Shown: positions 1-13,465, numbered from the stretch's first letter. The stretch is 64,000 bases of DNA from Eledone cirrhosa (GCA_964016885.1 OZ024765.1:17794001-17858000), one strand, 5' to 3'. Numbers and translations are program-made. Notes: generated by a model from the sequence alone, not told the origin.

Positions 1-1225
1 TTTCAGAATTCCCGCACTGTACCTAATAATAGACACAGCTCGGTAATTCACTGCACTTATGACATTCCTACTATTTAGTTGTGATTTTAATACGCTCCTT
101 ACTCTCCTAATGTACTCAGATCTTATCAATTCCTTCATTTTTTTTGTTCTTGATGTCATCTGCCTCCAGAAAACCTAAATATTTGTATCCTTCTTCAGTG
201 TCAATTTCGTTTATCATCTCACCTGTTGGTACCTGGATTCCGTTGCTTCTGCTCAATTTACTACTAGGACTCCACACTTATTAATACCAAATTCCATACA
301 TATATCATTGCTGAAAATACGGACAGTGTCAACAAGTACATCCAACTCCTTCTCACTCTTTCCAAAGAGTTTAAGATCGTCCATGAAGAGGCGGTGGTTG
401 ATGGTAAGCTCTCCTTTTCCGAACTTGTATCCTGTTCTCACTTTTCGCAATATAACGGTCAGGGGTATCAGGGCAAGGACAAACAGCAGAGGGGACAAAC
501 TATCTCCCTGGAAGATACCTCTCTTGATCTTCACGCCTCCCAAAGATTCTCCACCCGATGTTAACTCTGTTTCCCAGGACTTCATAATTTTGCTAAACAA
601 CTGTCTGATGTTATCTACCACCTTGAAGATCTCTAGGCTTTTGGTTATCCAAGAATGAGGTACCATATCGAATGCCTTTTTGTAATTTATCCATCCCATG
701 GCAAGACAAGTGTGCCTCCTTTTGCAATTCCTCATTACCATCTAATCAATAAGTAACTGGTTTTTTGTACCACGGGACTTCTTCCGGCATCCTTTCTGTT
801 CGTCCGGTAGCAAGTTGTTTATGTGCAGGTGATGGTAGATTTCCTCAGACACAATGCTTGTTAACAGTTTCCACATTACGGACAGACATGTGATGGGCCT
901 ATAGTTGGTAACATTATTACCCTTGATACCGCCTAATATTTGCACTTTTTGCTACAATGCGTTGCTTCAGTTCCTCTATGATAATATTTAGCTTTTTCCC
1001 CCTAGTTTTGTATTTTATTTCCAATCTATCTTTAGTGTCTATATTTTGTAATGTCCCATTCAGTAAGGACTCAAGCTTTCCAATGTCTTTTCTCATTTCC
1101 TTGATTTGACCATTCAGTCGTTTCTTCCACCAAGGTTCTGATCTTTCTTGTTTGTTGTTTCCTCTTGTATTTATGCCAAGTAATTTCCTCACCGCATTTG
1201 CAGTTTCTTTGAGGATATTGTTGCA
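1..1225 (-). mobile_element. Degenerate non-LTR retrotransposon RT fragment, R4/Dong-like
   Basis: Minus-strand translation NYRPITCL...EQKGC...YKKAFDMVPHSW...GIFQGDSLSPLLF...LFMDDLKL (RT motifs). In-frame stop at 742-744, upstream PWWKKRL motif, apparent internal deletion near 925. Confidence 0.9.
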
Positions 1226-2330
1226 TTGGACTTGGCCAGGTTTAAAACGGGTCATGTATCCTTGTGAGAAATAGGCCGGAGTCAAACCTGGCCAAAGATG
1301 GACATCGCCAGGTTTTACACTGGTCATATGTTATCTTGTAAGATAAAGGCCGGAGTGAAATCTGACGTCGTAGTCCAGAATAGGTGTCACTGGGCTTTAC
1401 ACTGGTCATCTGTCACCTAGTAAGATATCGGCCTGAGTTAAACCTGACCTCGGAATCCAGGATGGATGTCATCAGGTTTTACACTGGTCATCAGTGACCT
1501 CGTAAGATATAGGTCGGAGTAAAACCTGAGTACAGACCAAAGGATGGATGTCGCCAGGGTTTACACTAGTCATCTGTACCTTGTAAGATATAGGTTCGAG
1601 TCGCACCTGACCACCGAGTCCAGGATGGATGTCATCAGGTTTTACACTGGTTATCTGTCATCTCGTAAGATATAGGTCGGACTAAAATCTGACCACGGAA
1701 TCCAGGATAGACGTCTCCGGGTTTCAAATTGGTTTTGTGTCACCTTGTAAGAAAGTGACTGTGGACAAACCAGGCCAAGTGTGGTTGTAAGGATGGACTT
1801 CGCTAGGTTTAAAACTGGTTATGTGTTACCTTGTAAGAAATAGGCCAACACACATCGCCAAAGATGGACATAGCCAGGTTTAATACCGGTCATGAGTTAC
1901 CTTATTTGTTGGGTGTTCCCTCCAAGACACGTTTAAAACAGCGCGGAGCATACGTGTGTATGCCCCGTCTAGATTTTTCTCCAGTTTCGACGTTAGCGTC
2001 CAAGTGATAGAGCCATCAGCAGGTCAATACGTGGACAGAGACTCAGATTTGCTGGTCACTGTTGGCGCAGCAAGGAAGAAATAGCAGGTGATGTGTTGTT
2101 ATGGAGTCCATCTCATGGAGCAAGAAACGCTGGTCGTCCCAAGAAGACATACGTCAAGCAACTTGAGGACGATACTGGATGCACTGCGGAAGAACTGGCA
2201 AACGCTATGAGAGACAGAGATGGACGGAGGAAGCGTGTCGTAGAGAGCTGAGCAAGCTCGACCTGATGATGATGATGATGATGAGTTACCACGTAAGAAA
2301 TTAACAAAACATGGATGTCGCCAGGTTTTA
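1226..2330. repeat. Diverged ~81-bp tandem array (about 9 units), each unit an imperfect hairpin; interrupted by an RTE insertion
   Basis: Motif ccaggttttacactggtcat recurs about every 81 bp (~1310, 1392, 1474, 1555, 1637, 1718, 1803, 1875) and resumes at 2290-2330. gtaaaacctga/tcaggttttac form an inverted pair within units. Confidence 0.85.
1902..2280 (+). mobile_element. 5'-truncated RTE-clade LINE 3' end with (TGA)n tail and 10-bp TSD
   Basis: Translates FAGHCWRSKEEIAGDVLLWSP..GRPKKTYVKQL..AMRDRDG; (gat)n tail; atgagttacc flanks both sides (1892-1901, 2281-2290). Confidence 0.85.
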
Positions 2331-2908
2331 AATATTTGAAACCTCCAAGTCACGCGGTAAATAACGTTGGCGTCTTTATGACTCCCTTAGTAGTTAAGGG
2401 GTCAGTGAAATGTTCGAAACCTCCAAGTCACGCCGTGATGAGTGAGAATTGCTAATTACTTTATAACAACAGTTTCCTCTTTTTTTAAGGATGTCGTGAC
2501 TGAGTCACATTTTCTATTGTAATATAAGGTATTGTCAGGAGAGGAATTAGGGTAACGCCCACGATCCCCTATCGATGCAATGTCACCTACTTCTGTTTTA
2601 GTGGAAATGGCGAGAAAGTAATAAACAAGGCCTCCAAGTTGTGATTTTACCGCTGCAGGTGGAGGTGACGTACAGGTATTAAGATGTCTTCAGTCAGTAA
2701 CAACCCGAGGCGACAAATTGACAGAAACAGGGCCGGCGCTATTTTTAGGACAACTAGGCCGCCACCAAGGGCGCAGATACTAGGTTGAGCGAAATACTGT
2801 CGAATTAACAGAGACATGAACGCTGTTATTTTTAGGTCAGCAACGATTTGGCAGAAACAGGCCCGACGCTGATTTTAGGACAACTAGGCACTCGCTTATG
2901 GTGTAGAG

Positions 2909-3173
2909 CTGGCATGCCAAACATGCCGCCTGCAGGCCACATGTGGCCCGTAACAATCGCACCTGTGGCCCGCACAAAGGTTTTTACAGCGCGAGAGCAT
3001 ATTTTATCTTCGTAATATAAAATTTAAAAAATTAGTCGTAATATGCGCAATTAGTTGTCGTGTGTGGCTCTCAGGCAACACATATGTAGCCCTAAGATAA
3101 CAGATGTGTGGCCCTAAGACAACGCATATGTCACCCATGTGGCTCTCGTGGGACCGTCAGATTTACATGTCTG
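2909..3173. mobile_element. hAT (Charlie-like) MITE
   Basis: 8-bp TSD gtgtagag (2901-2908, 3174-3181); imperfect TIRs ctggcatgccaaac / gatttacatgtctg; subterminal gtggccc repeats. Nested in an older GC-rich repeat (~2720-3390). Confidence 0.7.
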
Positions 3174-3419
3174 GTGTAGAGGCCATGTTGGATGCAGGGC
3201 TGTTGAATTAACTGACATGACCGGCGCTAACTTTTGGCCAGTGGCCAATTCGCACAAACACGGTCGGTGCTATTTTCATGCGAACTAGGCATCTACTTAT
3301 GGCGTAGACCCCGGCGCAGGGCCGTCGAATTGACAGATACGGGGCGAACTTGGTAAACGAAGAGAGTACGAACTTCAGAGGGGCGCATCGCATAACCAAA
3401 CTTTGAAAGATAGGGATTA

Positions 3420-3508
3420 TATAAAGATTTATATAATTAAAATAAATATATAATTATATCAATATATATATACCCAAATCTCATATATATAAATATATAC
3501 ATTCATAT

Positions 3509-3562
<54 letters not shown>

Positions 3563-3581
3563 ATATATATTTATATCTATC

Positions 3582-3614
<33 letters not shown>

Positions 3615-3865
3615 TAGCTTGATAGGTTTCAGCCGGTACTTAACCAAGTCATAACTAACTCAATACCACCACCTATATATATATATATATTATATATATA
3701 TTATATATATTATATATATATTATATATATTATATATATATTATATATATTATATATATATATATATAATATATATATATATATATAATATATATATATA
3801 TATATAATATATATATATAAACATATATATATTATATATATATATATATAATATATATATATAAT

Positions 3866-3922
<57 letters not shown>

Positions 3923-4361
3923 TATATAAACATATATATATTATATATATATATATATAATATATATATATAAACATATATATATTATATATATATATAT
4001 ATAATATATATATATAAACATATATATATATAATATATATATATAAACATATATATATTATATATATATATATATATATAATATATATATATATATATAA
4101 TATATATATATATAATATATATATATATATAATATATATATATAAACATATATATATATAATATATATATATAAACATATATATATTATATATATATATA
4201 TATATATAATATATATATATATATATAATATATATATATATAATATATATATATATATAATATATAAATATATATATATATAAACATATATATATTATAT
4301 ATGTAATATATATATAAACATATATATATATAATATATATATATAATATATATATAAACAT

Positions 4362-4448
<87 letters not shown>

Positions 4449-4552
4449 ATATATATATATATATATATAATATATATATATATGTATAATATATATATAT
4501 ATATATATATAAACATATATATATATATATATAAATATATTATATTTATATG

Positions 4553-4631
<79 letters not shown>

Positions 4632-4690
4632 GTGTATAATATATATATATGTATAATATATATATATGTGTCTGTGTATATATAGTAATA
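3420..4690. repeat. (TA)n-rich microsatellite block
   Basis: Near-pure TA dinucleotide runs; source of spurious poly-IY ORFs. Confidence 0.98.
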
Positions 4691-4919
4691 ATATAGTTTC
4701 AGAAGATGCCGTTAAGGGTGAAAGCAGCTATTCTTTGCTTAAACTTTAATCTGTTATTTTAATAAATATATATATATATGTATATATGTAAAAGTTCTAT
4801 TTAAATTGTTGGGATACAAAAAGCAAATATGTTTATAACTGATATAAAGCACTCAACAAATATTTGTAGCTAAAAATACGATATTAACAAATGGAAACTA
4901 TATTTATAAAACCATATTT

Positions 4920-4982
4920 ATTTCATTATACATATTTCAAGGACACCAAGTTAAATTATGGTGTGCTTTCATCAGATAAAAT
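4920..4982 (-). ncRNA. Minimal type-I hammerhead ribozyme (family A)
   Basis: Reverse complement reads attttat-CTGATGA-aagcacacca..tggtgtcctt-GAAA-tatgta-TA-atgaaat; stems I and II pair. Confidence 0.75.
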
Positions 4983-7738
4983 ATAATATAGATCAGTTTT
5001 ATAAATACATATTGACATACCCTTAAAGAATGCAACCATTACTGTTGGAAGCTCCCAGATAGTGGAGTTGTAGCTTTAATTATATTATTAGTATTGGATA
5101 TTTTTATTTTTAAAATAAGCTGTTGGGTTACGATGAAAGATAGAGAAGGAGAGAGAAAGAAAGAGAGAGAGAGAGACAGACCAGAAACAACAGAGAGAAA
5201 AAAATATATAGAGAGAGAGGAGACAGAGAAAAGGGGAGAGAACGAAAAACTCTAAGTCATATCTTGTTGAGTTAACTTAACAATTGAGATGAAATGAATA
5301 AATAAAATTAGAAATGTTAATAATCATGAATGGAATATACATTTATAATATGAGAAATTTGACCATTGTTTAAATATGTTTAGTTAATCATTTAAATATT
5401 GAGATCAATATATTAAAAATTGGGATCTATATATTAAGAAATCCCTATACTATTAAAGATCTATATATTATATAACACGTATACACACGCAAAAATACAT
5501 ACATATAAATATATATACACACTTATACAATGCATATACATATCTAATTACGTATATAATATATACACACAAAACATAAAGGATTCTTTAATTCAATTTA
5601 AGATATAGGAATCTTATAAAATGTTATAATTGTTAAGATATTAAAGGAAATGTTATGTTATACACACGTTATGTTATTAAACAAAATTCTTTTATATAAG
5701 TTTTATAAGATTACCTGTTATGTATTTATGGCTGTTATTATATGTCTATCTGTCACGAATCTTGGGATAATCACTATACATAAGTGCAATCGAATTGTAT
5801 GGATATACACGCATATGTATATACACAATTCCCACATATACATGCATATATGTACCCTCAACAAATAAGTAGATACGTATCACGTATACATATACATACA
5901 GATAGACATACACGCATAAAACATATGTACATGTATGTTAATACACACATATACATATATACACACATATAGAGAGAAGTATATATAAATACAGTACATA
6001 GTATAATTGAGTACATAAAATAGAAAAGAATTATATTAGAATTTGAAAATATAATTATAAGCAATATAACTTTAAAAACAATATAATTTTAAAATATTAT
6101 AGAATATTTTAAGTTATAATTTCAAAATAATAGTATGTTTAATATATTTAGTATAGAAATGTTCTACGTATATTTAACTTAAACTTTGAAAGGATAAACT
6201 TTCGAAAATAGGAGAAGCTATCAAACAATAAAAAAATATATAAGAAATATTTTCTCCTTTCAAGCGCTCTCAATATATTTCTCTAGAATAGTTTATTATA
6301 TTTATTTATATTTAGGAAGAAAAGTTATTTTTACTTGAGTGTATAAAAAGATGAAGGAATCTAATGATTTATCGACAGGTTCAATATATTAATAACATTA
6401 ATTAATTAATTATATATTACATTTTAAATTTATATTTATATTTAAACGTTGAGTTTAATCTATGTCTGCAGCAACTGAATAAATTATTTCTTAAGTTCAG
6501 GGAAGTTTTGGTCTTTAATATAAAGAATATTTCCTCTATACAAAGATCACAATTTTCTGAAGAGGAATTAAAAGGAGTAGCTTTTGAAATAATATTCCAA
6601 ATGAACGAATATTCAACGTTCTTTAGTTTTAGGTCCCATAATAGGCTAGATAGAGCAGTTGAAGATTTTTTGTTTGGATCTGTAAAAGAATTTTTATGAT
6701 TATTGAAGCGGGATTTAAACTCTGTGGAAGTGGATCCCACATAATTCAATGAATTTAAATTAGTTTTTACATTACAATTATATACTATATTTTTAGCTAA
6801 GCAATTGTTATTTAACGGACAGTTAGATATATTTCTACAGTTACATTTATCAAATTGGATATTGCTTGGGTTATTAGTGGTATTTTGGTTAGGTTTTAAA
6901 TTTCTATTATTAATTCTATTAATATTTTGCGCCAAATATTTGGTGGAAGAATAAGTTAATTTTATAGTATGTCTATTAAAAATTGAGTAATATATATGTG
7001 TTCTAAGGAAATATTTGTCAAGAGCTTTAAAAAATAGTTTAGCAATAGGGGTTTTAATATTTAATGAGAAAGGAGGAGCGAACCATACATAATATGTTCC
7101 TAGTTCTATTTCTTTTTAGGCTTTCGGAATTAATGTAAGGTTTTCTATTATAGTTGTTAAAATTGTTACCATAGTTAAAATTGTTACGATTATGGTTAGT
7201 TGTTATATTATTATTATTATCGATGTATTTAATGTTATTTCTATACCCAGCTCTACCTAACGCTTCGTTGTAATAATGTGCTTTTTCATCAAATATATTC
7301 TTATTAGTTGAAATTCTCGAAATTCGTTCTTGTACAGAGTTCACTATAGTATTTTTACGGATCTGGGGTGATTAGAGTTAAAATTGACGTAATTTAAGTT
7401 CTCATTTAGTTTGTGAAATGGATAAGGAAGACGTGTTAAGATTTAGTGTTACATCTAGAAAGTTAACTATTTTATGGTTATTCTCTATTTCTACTTTTAG
7501 ATTAAGGTAATTAAAAAATTGTACAATTTGTTTTCTTTTTCTATTTAGTTCACAGTTATTATTTTCTATAAGTAAAAGCATGTCGTCACGATATAAACCT
7601 CCGGTTATCTCAGGTATTTTTCTATGTAGAGAATTAATTATAAATAGGCCCACAAGATCCGTTACCTGGGCGGAATCAGATGATCCCATAGTTATATCGA
7701 GATTATTATTTCTATCTGCCCTAGTCCGTCTGTCCCTG

Positions 7739-7824
<86 letters not shown>

Positions 7825-8006
7825 TTCTTTCTCTCTCCTCTATCTTTCTCTTTCTCCGTAACCCAACGGCTTATTTTAAAAATAAAAATATCCAATACTA
7901 ATAATATAATTAAAGCTACAACTCCACTATCCGGGAGCTTCCAACAGCAATGGTTGCATTCTTTAAGGGTATGTCAATATTTATTTATAAAACTGATCTA
8001 TATTAT

Positions 8007-8069
8007 ATTTTATCTGATGAAAGCACACCATAATTTAACTTGGTGTCCTTGAAATATGTATAATGAAAT
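8007..8069 (+). ncRNA. Minimal type-I hammerhead ribozyme (family A)
   Basis: attttat CTGATGA aagcacacca taatttaact tggtgtcctt GAAA tatgta TA atgaaat; 7-bp stem I with one G:U. Confidence 0.78.
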
Positions 8070-8195
8070 AAATATGGTTTTATAAATATAGTTTCCATTT
8101 GTTAATATCGTATATATGTATATATATATATATAAACATATATATATTATATATATAATAAAAACACACACATATATATATATAAAAACACACAC

Positions 8196-8247
<52 letters not shown>

Positions 8248-8282
8248 ACATATATTTATATATATATATATATAAACACATA

Positions 8283-8329
<47 letters not shown>

Positions 8330-8360
8330 ACATATGTATGTATATATATATATATATATA

Positions 8361-8411
<51 letters not shown>

Positions 8412-8413
<2 letters not shown>

Positions 8414-8739
8414 CAAAGGAATTGTGGTAAGGAACCAGATGGACCATAACGCACCAGAGTATTCAATACTTAGGGTAGTAGATTGGGAAATATAAAAAAG
8501 TAAGACCCCGACGGCAGAGCTCAAGCCGTTTCGACGGTTATTTCTGGTAAGTAATTCCGGGTTGAATCGGAGGTGACCACAGTAAGTAATGTACTCAATA
8601 CATAGCAGAGTATAAAAGTTTTAATATAGATGAGATTCTACAGGACTAGAACTGTTTGATTCTTTAGAAATCATCAGGAATCTCTGAGATTCCTGATGAT
8701 TTCTAAAGAATGAAACAGTTCTAGTCCTGTAGAATCTCA

Positions 8740-8771
<32 letters not shown>

Positions 8772-8918
8772 GGAACGAGTAGGACCCCGACGGCTGAGCT
8801 CAAAATGAGCTCAACCGTCGGGGTCCTACTCGTTCCTATTACCCACTCTACTACCCTAAGTATTGAGTACTTTGGTGCGTTATGGTCCACCTGGTTCCTT
8901 ACCACATTTCCTTCGTTA
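8412..8918. mobile_element. (TA)n-embedded fold-back repeat family B
   Basis: Unit gtggtaaggaaccagatggaccataacgcaccagagtactcaatacttagggtagtagagtgggtaataggaacgagtaggaccccgacggctgagctc, present here in both orientations. Other copies at 12310-12490, 16298-16423, 19040-19322, 37585-38172, 38480-38676, 62058-62383. Confidence 0.85.
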
Positions 8919-9230
8919 TATAGAAACATATATATATATTGGTGTATATATATATATATAATTTATCAATTTCATACAGTGAGAAAATAGGTTCACATGT
9001 GTATATTAAATCTAGTTGTGATGTGTTGTATGGGTGAGGACGAGAAGGGGGGGGGGGGGTAGAACACAGGTGGCTCACCACACGATATGACTAACACAGT
9101 CAAGGCAAGAATCCCCATTCTATATAACTGTGTCTCAATAACCACGAACGCATATTTATATTTCTCTCGACACTCGTATGAGAATGTGTGTGTATTGTGT
9201 GTGTACATTTACACACACACACACACAGTC

Positions 9231-9245
<15 letters not shown>

Positions 9246-9269
<24 letters not shown>

Positions 9270-9369
9270 CATGCATATACATGTAGGTACATATGTTTAT
9301 AAATATGTGTATGCTATTGTGTGCATGTATATATATTTGTATTTACGTGCGTGTATTCGATATGACTAA

Positions 9370-9411
<42 letters not shown>

Positions 9412-9508
9412 TTAGTCATATCGAATACACGCACGTAAATACAAATATATATACATGCACACAATAGCATACACATATTTATAAACATATGTACCTACAT
9501 GTATATGC

Positions 9509-9535
<27 letters not shown>
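9246..9535. repeat. Near-perfect palindrome centred on a (TA)n run
   Basis: ~110 bp of non-microsatellite sequence (9260-9378) is mirrored at 9402-9512. Confidence 0.9.
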
Positions 9536-9562
<27 letters not shown>

Positions 9563-9587
9563 TAAAACATTTATGAATATATTTATC

Positions 9588-9637
<50 letters not shown>

Positions 9638-9728
9638 TATATATGTATACATATATATATATATATATACATATATAAAATACATATACATATATACATA
9701 TATATTTACATATATATCTCTCTCTCTC

Positions 9729-9786
<58 letters not shown>

Positions 9787-9829
9787 TACATATAAACACA
9801 CACACACATATATATATATATACACACAC

Positions 9830-9860
<31 letters not shown>

Positions 9861-10249
9861 CACACACACACATACATACGTGCACACAAGTGTGTGTGTT
9901 ATTTGATACAAATCGTGATGACAAGTTGTGTCAGAAATCTATTAAAGATCATTGGCGCATAACTACTTGGTATGGCATGAATGCGCATGATCGGTCTACT
10001 ACCTCTCTTTGACACACACCTCTATCACCACCATCACCACCATCGACATCATCACCAGCAGCTCTTGTCATTGTCATCATACCATTCGATGTCGTTGTCA
10101 TCGTCATGGTTACTATTCCTTTCATCATGCCGAATTCGATAAAAAGATTTTAAATTTTTACCTGTTAAGTGCCGGGATCAATATCAGATAATTGGCTCCT
10201 GCCGTTTCTTAAATTGCTGGCCTTTTGCCTAAATTAGAAACCATTAATG

Positions 10250-10725
10250 CTATTATTGTTTGGCAGCATGGGTTGCTGAATCGGTTGAGCGTTGGACAAT
10301 ATGCTTTGTGGTATATAGTTACGGCCCTTTACGTAACTATATACCACGGTGGATTGTCAGTATCGGTAGAGGGTCGGACGCCATGCTTTGCAGCAACGTG
10401 TGACGGCCCTTTATGGCCTGAGTTCAAATCCCGCCGAGGTTAACTTTGCCTTTCATCCTTACCGGGGTCGATAAATTAAAGTACCAGTAATGCACTGGAA
10501 TAATTGCTGGCCTTGTGACAAAAGTAGAAACAATTATTATTATCATAGCGGTAGATTGGCAGTATCGGTAGAGGGTCGGACGCCATGCTTTGACGCATAG
10601 AGTTATGGCCCTTTATGATCTGAGTTCAAATCCCGCCCAGGTTAGATTTGTCTTCCATCCTTGCAGGATTGATAAAATAAAGTGCCAGTAACATACTGAG
10701 GTTGATTTCATCGACTTTCCCTTTC
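10250..10725 (+). mobile_element. Tandem stack of tRNA-derived SINEs (family S1)
   Basis: A box tggcagtatcgg, B box gagttcaaatcc, central gcctttcatccttacggggtcgataaaataaagtaccag (Nin/Deu-like domain), (ATT)n tail. Confidence 0.9.
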
Positions 10726-10902
10726 CCCAAGCATCTGGTGATGGCGAGGCTGATGCGCTGGAACAGTCAAGCGCCCTCTCTAGCATCACCAGTTACCTCG
10801 GTGAGGCGAACCGCCCAAAGGAGACAAGAACCTCGCAGATCGCTACCTCAACGCCACAGGCTGGAAAAGGTAGTTAACCAACAGATCTTGATATCAAATA
10901 TA

Positions 10903-11128
10903 CATGGTGGGCCAGAACTCGCGACTCGCTTGTTAATTTATATTTCTTAACATGCTTATTTTATTGTTATTGTATTGTTTTAATTAAATGTGTACATTTG
11001 TGTGCTTACCGTATCTTGTTCATGATCTTATGCCTGTATATGGTATTATATTCCTTAACTTGTTTATAACATTTTGTGTTAATAGATCTATAAATAAGCG
11101 TGTGAGTCATGAATACTGGCCCACCCTG
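10903..11128. mobile_element. Tc1/mariner-type MITE
   Basis: ~27-bp TIRs ca(t/g)ggtgggccag...gactc, flanked by TA on both sides. Confidence 0.8.
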
Positions 11129-11204
11129 TATATTTGCTATAATTTGTAACACAGGCATTTAATAAAAGTGCAATAAAACATAGCCTTTCCTTAGATATTA
11201 TTAT

Positions 11205-11860
11205 CATGTCGAGGTTAGCTTTGCCTTTCAAACTTATAGGGAGTCGATAGAATACAGTACCAGTAATACACTGGCCTTGTGCCTAAACCTGAAACTATAG
11301 GTTCCTAAGAACGCTGGCCAAATGCTTTCTGTTACTCTTTATGGTCTGAGTTCAAATCCCACTGAGGTTCACTTTGCCTTTCATCCTTACGGATTCGATA
11401 AAATAAAGTACCAGTAATGCACTGGGGTAATTGCTGGCCTTGTGCCAAAAGCAGAAACATTATCACAGTATCGGTAGAGGGTCGAACACCATGCTTTGCA
11501 GCACAGAGTTACGGCCCTTTATGATATGAGTTCAAATGCCGCCGAGGTTAGCTTTGCTTTTCATTCTCACGGTGTCGATAAAATAAAGTACCAGTGACGC
11601 ACTGGGGTCGATTTAATCGACTTTACCCTCCTTCAAAATTGCTGGCCTTGTACCTATATAAGAAACCATTATCGGTGGAGTGGCAGTATCGGTAGAGGGT
11701 CGGACGCCATGCTTTGACGTATAGAGTTACGGCCCTTGCCATTCTGAGTTCAAATCCCGCCGAGGTTAACGTTGCCTTTCATCCTTACGGGGTCGATGAA
11801 ATAAAGTACTAGTAATGCGCTTTGGTCGATGAAATAAAGTACCAATAAGCACTGGGGGCG
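11205..11860 (+). mobile_element. Tandem stack of S1 SINEs
   Basis: Four head-to-tail partial or full copies with B boxes. Confidence 0.9.
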
Positions 11861-12036
11861 ATTTTGTTATCTTCAGGCAAAACCAAGATTGTTCAGCCAT
11901 ATAATATATTTTTGTTCGGTACATTACATAGAGAACCTTTTCCTTGATCTATGCTTCAGAAACTCTTGGCACTATATATATATATATATAAAAGAAATAG
12001 GATTTCGCTTCAAGCATAGCTTTATACGATATGTAT

Positions 12037-12277
12037 AAATATTTCGTAACTCCAAAGAAATACGGTTTTATGAAGCCGTAGCTATCAAACACCGGGGGGA
12101 TAATGCCCTCTGGTGATGTCCAGCAGAAGCAAGGGGGAAGGGGGACAACCGTCTATGCATTTCAGGCTTAACTGGCCTTCGTCAGGACGGTCCCTCCTAC
12201 CGTTAGCCCCCCTCCCCCCGGTGTTTGCAAAGCTACGGCTTCCTAAAACCGTATCTCTTTGGAGATACGAAATATTT
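12037..12277. mobile_element. MITE-like element with ~60-bp inverted termini
   Basis: aaatatttcgtaactccaaagaaatacggttttatgaagccgtagct..caccggggg is mirrored at 12214-12277. Confidence 0.75.
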
Positions 12278-12539
12278 AGACACACACACATATATATATA
12301 TATATGTATAACGAAGGAAGTGTGGTAAGGAAGCAGGTGGACCATAACGCACCAGAGTACGCGATACTTAGGATAGTAGAGTGGGTAATAGGGAAAGAGT
12401 CAGGACCCCAACGGCTGAGCTCCGGCTGCTTCGACAGCTAGGTCTGATCTAACGCAGTAGTGTCAGGATATAAGTAGTCTAGCTGAACTTTTCAAGGGGT
12501 AATTCGATTTATGGGCATGCAATGAAACCGTAGTAATAT

Positions 12540-13240
12540 TCTCATATCAAACAATTCTACAACGATATTAGTGTAGATCAAACTAGGAGGTGTAACTGTC
12601 CGGATTGATCATTGTGCCCCCTCAACAACAGATGCCGAGAACGTAAAGTGGTCTACCAGTGCATTGTGAGGACGGAAAACTCTAACAAGGCCTACATCGG
12701 ATTAACCGCCTGCGATTTTAAGACCCGGTATTACCAACACCGACATATATTTAGAAACCTGGCCCGTTGACACGCAACACCACTTTCTGGCCATGGTTGG
12801 GACCTTCAAGACAACAATATTACCTACCATCTAAGATGGAGCATACTTTCCGATGGCAAATTCTTACTCGGGAGGACGCCCCACCGTGTAATTCATGCTC
12901 GGAGGAAACGATCCAAATGGTGTTTTCCAAGGACCAACAAAAAAGATTAACTTGCACATCAAATATAAAATTCTTAAAAATCTATTAATGTAATGTGTAC
13001 CTTTTAACTATGGTGACCCCACCGACACGATTCAGGTATATATATATATATATATATCGACTACATCACCTCTCTCTCTATATATACATAAGAGTTCATT
13101 CTCCAGTGTCCTTCTCAGCTAGGATGATGTAAAAAAGTTACCTCTTAATTTTAAATCTTTAATTTTGAGTTTTTAATTCTTATTAATTCTTTTTAATTGA
13201 TAAGATGAATTTTACTAATACATCGAAACCGGTAATATTC
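12540..13240 (+). mobile_element. Penelope-like GIY-YIG endonuclease 3' fragment (pseudogenised)
   Basis: From 12591: CNCPD*SLCPLNNRC..VVYQC..AYIGLT..FKTRYYQH; degenerate hammerhead-like motif at 13197-13234. Confidence 0.8.
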
Positions 13241-13381
13241 TATATACTTTATATACATTAAAAAAATTGCTCTTCTCATATTTTCAATAATGTCATTTTG
13301 ACGAATCAAAAAAAGTAAAAAAAGAGTAATACAGCGCTAAAATATATTTCCGTGCTATGTCCGACTTCACCTTCTCTCTCT

Positions 13382-13465
<84 letters not shown>

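Larger units (their letters stand above)
4790..8113 (-). mobile_element. Penelope-like element (RT C-terminal half plus GIY-YIG endonuclease, frameshifted), with 3' pLTR and inverted 5' copy
   Basis: MGSSDSAQVTDLVG..GLYRDD (7402-7689), FNRHTIKLTYS linker, CNCR..CPL...IVY..YVGST..FKSRFNNH..CDLC..E (6417-6935). Region 4878-5130 is repeated inverted at 7858-8113. CxCx5C motif suggests the Naiad clade (inference). Confidence 0.88.

Noticed and set aside
1226-1900. CRISPR-like or hammerhead interpretation of the 81-bp array
   Set aside because: The whole unit is homologous with no unique spacers, the context is eukaryotic and there are no cas genes. Minus-strand CTGATGA in some units has no correctly placed GAAA.
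4700-4765. cagaaga..gaaagcagcta motif, also at ~62995-63050
   Set aside because: A real dispersed repeat, but the core is mutated and stem I is absent; not called as a ribozyme.
10340-10440. tRNA genes at A/B-box sites
   Set aside because: These are SINE heads followed by a shared body and tail; no full cloverleaf.
12606-12608. In-frame TGA in the Penelope Cys motif as selenocysteine (reported for some Naiad elements)
   Set aside because: It aligns with a non-Cys position (CNCPD*SLC versus CNCRNISNC), and the fragment has other lesions.
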